DNA from: an uncultured virus (IMG/VR IMGVR_UViG_3300025674_006584) | Taxonomy: Duplodnaviria; Heunggongvirae; Uroviricota; Caudoviricetes | Virus record (IMG/VR): IMGVR_UViG_3300025674_006584 | DNA length: 64,000 bases | Strand: one strand, 5' to 3' | Shown here: positions 60,249 through 64,000 of the stretch, piece after piece | Position numbering within the stretch: position 1 is the stretch's first letter | Layout of the letters: each line of letters begins with the position of its first letter | Position numbers and translations under genes: made by a program | Notes under the pieces: model-generated | Databases searched by the model: none | What the model saw: only the letters and a program-made list of their open reading frames with translations | Told to the model about the DNA's origin: nothing

Positions 60249-61729
60249 AAACAATACTAAAAGAAACGGGATTAAGAAATATCAAGGCGCTTGCAGATAG
60301 ATACAATAAAGCTAAGATATATTTCCACCAAGATTTAGATGGTGTAACTACTGCATTGGCAATGAAAAACTATTTGGAAAATAACGGAATAGAAGTTGTT
60401 GATGCAGAGATAATTCAATATGGTGACAAAGAGTTTGCCGTTAAAAAGTTAGATGCTCAAGGAGATACAATGCCAGTTTTGGTTGATTTCGCTCACGGTA
60501 AACCCATGTTTGTTGTTCATACTGACCACCACGATAGTCAAACTGGTGTGGAAGGAGACACATCTACATCATTCAGACCATCACGTTCAAACGTTGCAAC
60601 ACTCTCTCAGATAATGTCACCTACAGATATATTTCCATCTGAAGATATTACATTAATTTCTACAGTTGACTCAGCTGATTTTGCGAGGTTTGGATTAAAA
60701 CCTGAAGATATTATGAATTTTGTTTTTAAATTACAAAAAGATAAGAATTTACAACAAAACAAAATGGCATTAGGATTAGCCACTAACAAACTATTGTTAG
60801 CTTTTAAAAATAAACCTGGTTTCTTAGAAGAGTTGGTAATGACATCAGAACCATCTTTAATGAATATATTTCAAAACATTAATAGAATTGCTAAAAGAGA
60901 AAATTTAGCCTTCCAAGACAGACTTGAAAAAGGTTTAGAATTAAATAAATGGGGTAAACCAAATAGAAAGCCTTATGCATCACCTGAAGAAATGTCTGCA
61001 AATCAAAAAGATTATGTAGAGAAACAAGCGGAAAGTGATAAAGTATATGTTGATGACGGTATTATAGTACAGTATGGAGGTGGTTCTATGTTTAAACCTG
61101 GTTCATATGACAGGTACACCCCATTTAAGAATAACCCTGATGCTGATTTCTTAGTTATTGCATGGCCTATGGGTTTAGTACAGGCAAGTTGTAACCCATT
61201 TAAAAGTGAAAGAGAATTGAAGGGTGTAAACTTAGGTGAGATAGCACAGGAAGTTTTAAGTAAATGGGAAGGACAGCTAAAAGATAAGATTATACCATTA
61301 TCAACAATAAAATGGATTTCTGAATCAGGTAAATCTTTCGACGAAGAGTCAGTAGGATTTACCAATGCAGATTTAGAAGCATTTTATGGGGACAAAGTAC
61401 GTTCGATGGAAGGTGGTGAACAATATATGGATAAGTTAAAAGATATAATGAATAAACCTAATAATGAACTTACTGAAAATGAATGGGGAATATTGGATAA
61501 GTTAGGTGTCCCTGCTTGGGAAATGATTCAGGCTAATTCAGGAGGACATAAATGTATTACAAATATTTCGGCACTTAATTATTTTGGTAGAAGTAAAAGA
61601 CCACCACTACCTGATATTAAAAGAGGTAAGAAAGAAGGTGATTCACCATATGTGAAGTTTACCAAAATGATACAAAAAAGATTTGTTGAATTATTAAAAC
61701 AAAAAATACAAGAAAGTAAATCAAATTAA
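60245..61729 (+). CDS. DHH-family phosphoesterase-like protein
   Basis: FHQDLDGV, LVDF, HTDHH, C-terminal GGH. Confidence 0.7.
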   Translation: MKTILKETGLRNIKALADRYNKAKIYFHQDLDGVTTALAMKNYLENNGIEVVDAEIIQYGDKEFAVKKLDAQGDTMPVLVDFAHGKPMFVVHTDHHDSQTGVEGDTSTSFRPSRSNVATLSQIMSPTDIFPSEDITLISTVDSADFARFGLKPEDIMNFVFKLQKDKNLQQNKMALGLATNKLLLAFKNKPGFLEELVMTSEPSLMNIFQNINRIAKRENLAFQDRLEKGLELNKWGKPNRKPYASPEEMSANQKDYVEKQAESDKVYVDDGIIVQYGGGSMFKPGSYDRYTPFKNNPDADFLVIAWPMGLVQASCNPFKSERELKGVNLGEIAQEVLSKWEGQLKDKIIPLSTIKWISESGKSFDEESVGFTNADLEAFYGDKVRSMEGGEQYMDKLKDIMNKPNNELTENEWGILDKLGVPAWEMIQANSGGHKCITNISALNYFGRSKRPPLPDIKRGKKEGDSPYVKFTKMIQKRFVELLKQKIQESKSN

Positions 61730-62077
61730 AGAAAAGGAGACAGTGTCTCCTTTTTTAATACCTAATTTTTTACAAGTACCACCAGCAACTTCTAAAACCT
61801 CACTACCAAAACCCTTATAAGAAACACAATTATATTTTTGATTACATGGAGGACAATCATGATGAATCTCATTTATAGTACCTTTATTAATTATTATTAT
61901 GTCCAATGGTATAATACAGTTATACATCCAAAAACTTTGTTCAGTGGATTCTGGCATAATAAAAAACATACCATTAAAATTTTCATCGAATCTTTTTTTC
62001 ATCATACCTTCAGATATTGAAGTGGGTGATGCACAAAGTTTGACTTTAAATATATTATTGTCTATTATTATTTTCAT
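61721..62077 (-). CDS. DUF192-family protein (start moved to 62077)
   Basis: GMFF, SFWM.N..IPLDII.I, VLEVAGG...LGIKKGD. Confidence 0.85.
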   Translation of the reverse strand: MKIIIDNNIFKVKLCASPTSISEGMMKKRFDENFNGMFFIMPESTEQSFWMYNCIIPLDIIIINKGTINEIHHDCPPCNQKYNCVSYKGFGSEVLEVAGGTCKKLGIKKGDTVSFSLI

Positions 62078-62103
62078 ATTTATAAATATATTGAAACAGT
62101 AAT

Positions 62104-62511
62104 ATGAAAAAATATGCAGGTATAATTGTAAGATGTAACAATAAAGTTTTGTTATGTAAAAGAAATAATGAAGGCACACTACCTGGTTTTTGGTCTTGCC
62201 CTGGTGGTAAAATGGAAGATGGTGAGACATCTAAAGAAGCCGCTATAAGAGAATTTATGGAAGAAACAGACTTACCAATCTACGGTAAAATCGATTTTGC
62301 TGCTGCGATAAAAAGATACACTAGAGATGGACAGACAGTTAAAGGTTTAATGTATTGTTATTTACTGGATGTTGAAGAAGAAGTATATCCTGATTTGGAT
62401 AATGCTATAGATGGTGATGAACACATAGAATGTGGGTACTATGATAAAGACAACTTACCTACACCGATGACTAAACAATTTAATAAACTATTAAATATAA
62501 TATTAAAATGA
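62104..62511 (+). CDS. NUDIX hydrolase
   Basis: PGGKMEDGETSKEAAIREFMEET Nudix box. Confidence 0.9.
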   Translation: MKKYAGIIVRCNNKVLLCKRNNEGTLPGFWSCPGGKMEDGETSKEAAIREFMEETDLPIYGKIDFAAAIKRYTRDGQTVKGLMYCYLLDVEEEVYPDLDNAIDGDEHIECGYYDKDNLPTPMTKQFNKLLNIILK

Positions 62512-62726
62512 AAAACAAATTATTCGACGCTTTAGAGAAAAAATATGAAGCAATCAAAAGTGAATGTGAAGCAACATTAGAGGTGTATTTTAATAATCCT
62601 ATGGGTATTGGAGAACATCCAGGAATTATTGAAGAAATGGATAAATTATTTGAGAGATACGCAACCGCTGAAGGTAATTTAGAGGTCTTGAGAAAGAATT
62701 TTTCCGAATACGATACAGAAGAATAA
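62508..62726 (+). CDS. Conserved small phage protein
   Basis: YFNNPMGIGEHP motif. Confidence 0.6.
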   Translation: MKNKLFDALEKKYEAIKSECEATLEVYFNNPMGIGEHPGIIEEMDKLFERYATAEGNLEVLRKNFSEYDTEE

Positions 62727-62765
62727 AAAAGTTTTGTTTTTAGTTGAATAATTAAAACTTTTTTG

Positions 62766-62868
62766 TATATTTGTAAAACTTTTGACAGATAAGGGTATAT
62801 TTATATACTACAATCAGAAAAAAAGTTTAAAAAAAATTTGACAGATTGAAAAATATGTTTTAAATTTG
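62766..62868 (+). promoter_or_regulatory. Stacked promoters upstream of the large ncRNA
   Basis: TATATTTG 62766-62773; TATTTAT 62798-62804; TTTG(ACA) 62837-62843 with TAAATTTG 62861-62868 (20-nt spacer). Confidence 0.7.
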
Positions 62869-62872
62869 TCAA

Positions 62873-63715
62873 ACGTTCTTTGAAAATATTAATGACGAAC
62901 CTTCACTGAAAGAGTTTCCTAAAAAGATTAACCCCCTTTTTTCATTCAAAAACAGTGAACAAGTAGTTATCGGTGGTTTAGCATCGTTAGATAACCCTGG
63001 CAACAGGACTAAAGGGACAGAATGGGATTTAGCAATCCTTGGAAGTTCGCAGTCGTATGGCTGACAACTAAACAAAGTATCTACGACCCGTACCTCAAGG
63101 GCAACTGCTGAGGGGTTAGGGTTCATCTGAATGAGTGGACATTCGGGTGTGAGATGGAGACATCAACAGGAGAAGATACAGGTGACGGTTCGACACTCAC
63201 TGCTATGGGTTGTAGAGCTGGGTACCAGTCTGAGGGGTTACCTCAGGGACGAGTGGAAACTCGGAACCTACCGTAGTCCTGACTGACCGTTAACTTGCAG
63301 GTTAACAGAGAGGTGTGAAGCATTCTGTACTCCAAAGGTATGGACCTTCTCCCGAAGCACATCTTTCATAAATCCACATTTGCTAATTTTAATCTAAATT
63401 AAAACAAGCGAAAGTCTTCGGGCGTTGATGACGAAAGGTGTCTAACACTTCGGACCTTAGTCAACGAAGTCATCCCTTGAACCGCAAGTTCTCGGATGTC
63501 GATAATGAAACAACTCGTGGGTTGGCCGACCCTTAGTGAGACCGCAAGTCTTGAGAGATTGAAGTAGTTGTCGAGTAGTTATCAACGATACGAGTGGTAG
63601 CCGTTAGTTACCGACACTGACTCGATACTCCTGTCAATGGAGTGGATACGTGGGGAATTATCTAACTATAATCCCACAAAAGACGAGTTGTCAAACGTGT
63701 AATCTCAGCGTCCTT
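62873..63715 (+). ncRNA. Large structured non-coding RNA, GOLLD-like
   Basis: ~840 nt without a credible ORF, GC-richer than its flanks, many hairpins, long-range pairings, AT-rich central linker; the 3' motif series matches my recollection of GOLLD (not searched). Confidence 0.75.
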
Positions 63716-63748
63716 AACCCCCATATATATAAAATATATATCTTCCTT

Positions 63749-63778
63749 AACCTCAGCTGTAGTGGCTGAGGTTTTTTT
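63749..63778 (+). terminator. Intrinsic terminator of the ncRNA
   Basis: aacctcagct-gtagt-ggctgaggtt followed by a T-run. Confidence 0.85.
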
Positions 63779-63800
63779 CTTTTATAGATATTTATAACTA

Positions 63801-64000
63801 ATGAAAGACCTAATTAGAAAAATACTAAGAGAAGAATACTCAGGTACTATTGATTATTCATATGATGATATGAGCAAGGCATTTAAGGATGTATTCTCAG
63901 ATTATAAAAGAGATGAGACAGCCAAATATCTTGAAGGTATAGTAGGTATACATACTATAGGTGAACGTATGGGTAAAAAACACATTGATTGGTCAATAAT
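63801..64000 (+). CDS. Hypothetical protein, 3' partial, with ILREE leader
   Basis: MKDLIRKILREEY...; open to the window end; TATTTAT at 63789-63795. Confidence 0.65.
   Translation, partial: MKDLIRKILREEYSGTIDYSYDDMSKAFKDVFSDYKRDETAKYLEGIVGIHTIGERMGKKHIDWSI

Noticed and set aside
295..62102. Many short antisense or alternate-frame ORFs (e.g. 295-510, 4284-4556, 15852-16421, 18153-18536, 44624-44995, 57225-57617)
   Set aside because: Shadows of longer, motif-bearing genes
62869..63126. 85-aa minus-strand ORF in the track
   Set aside because: Antisense to the structured RNA; the promoters and terminator point to plus-strand transcription
62866..63698. 11-bp direct repeat ttgtcaaacgt (62866-62876 and 63688-63698) as a target-site duplication or att site
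   Set aside because: The second copy lies inside the predicted 3' domain, before the closing helix, and no recombinase is nearby; probably chance
1..64000. Stop-codon reassignment, or a cellular origin for the window
   Set aside because: The standard code gives dense, full-length genes; metabolic genes are scattered singly among phage replication and virion genes rather than in bacterial operons

Overview
An AT-rich, gene-dense segment of what is most likely a large (jumbo/huge) tailed phage infecting a Bacteroidota host, probably Flavobacteria-like. Phage identity rests on PT-repeat, SprB-repeat and tail-collar-like virion genes, a RuvC-like resolvase, primase, PD-(D/E)XK exonuclease, an Mre11/Rad50 (gp47/gp46-like) pair, dCMP deaminase, a sigma factor, an amidase and many short orphans. 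The host call rests on repeated TTTG-N19-20-TAnnTTTG promoters, Gln after predicted signal-peptide cleavage sites, and Bacteroidota-type TonB receptors, DUF2452 and an Hc1-like protein. Host-like metabolic and envelope genes are abundant: cysteine synthase, prs, GS-II, pckA, an AsnRS catalytic-domain paralogue, mini-CorA, DnaJ, two TonB-dependent receptors, lipoproteins and a fasciclin protein. The main signals outside the ORF track are: (1) a ~840-nt highly structured RNA at 62873-63715 that looks like GOLLD, with stacked promoters, a boxA-like 5' end and a terminator; (2) a TATTTAT promoter-like motif that coincides with a shared N-terminal (I/L)-x-E leader on about ten unrelated proteins, suggesting a late-expressed, capsid-packaged cargo system; (3) a ~100-nt pseudoknot-forming RNA with its own promoter and terminator upstream of dCMP deaminase; (4) a possible leader-peptide attenuator before the AsnRS-like gene; (5) a duplicated exonuclease tail that forms a coupling mini-ORF between two FkbM paralogues. 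No tRNA, rRNA, CRISPR array or transposase was recognised. All family calls are motif recognition by eye, not database searches.
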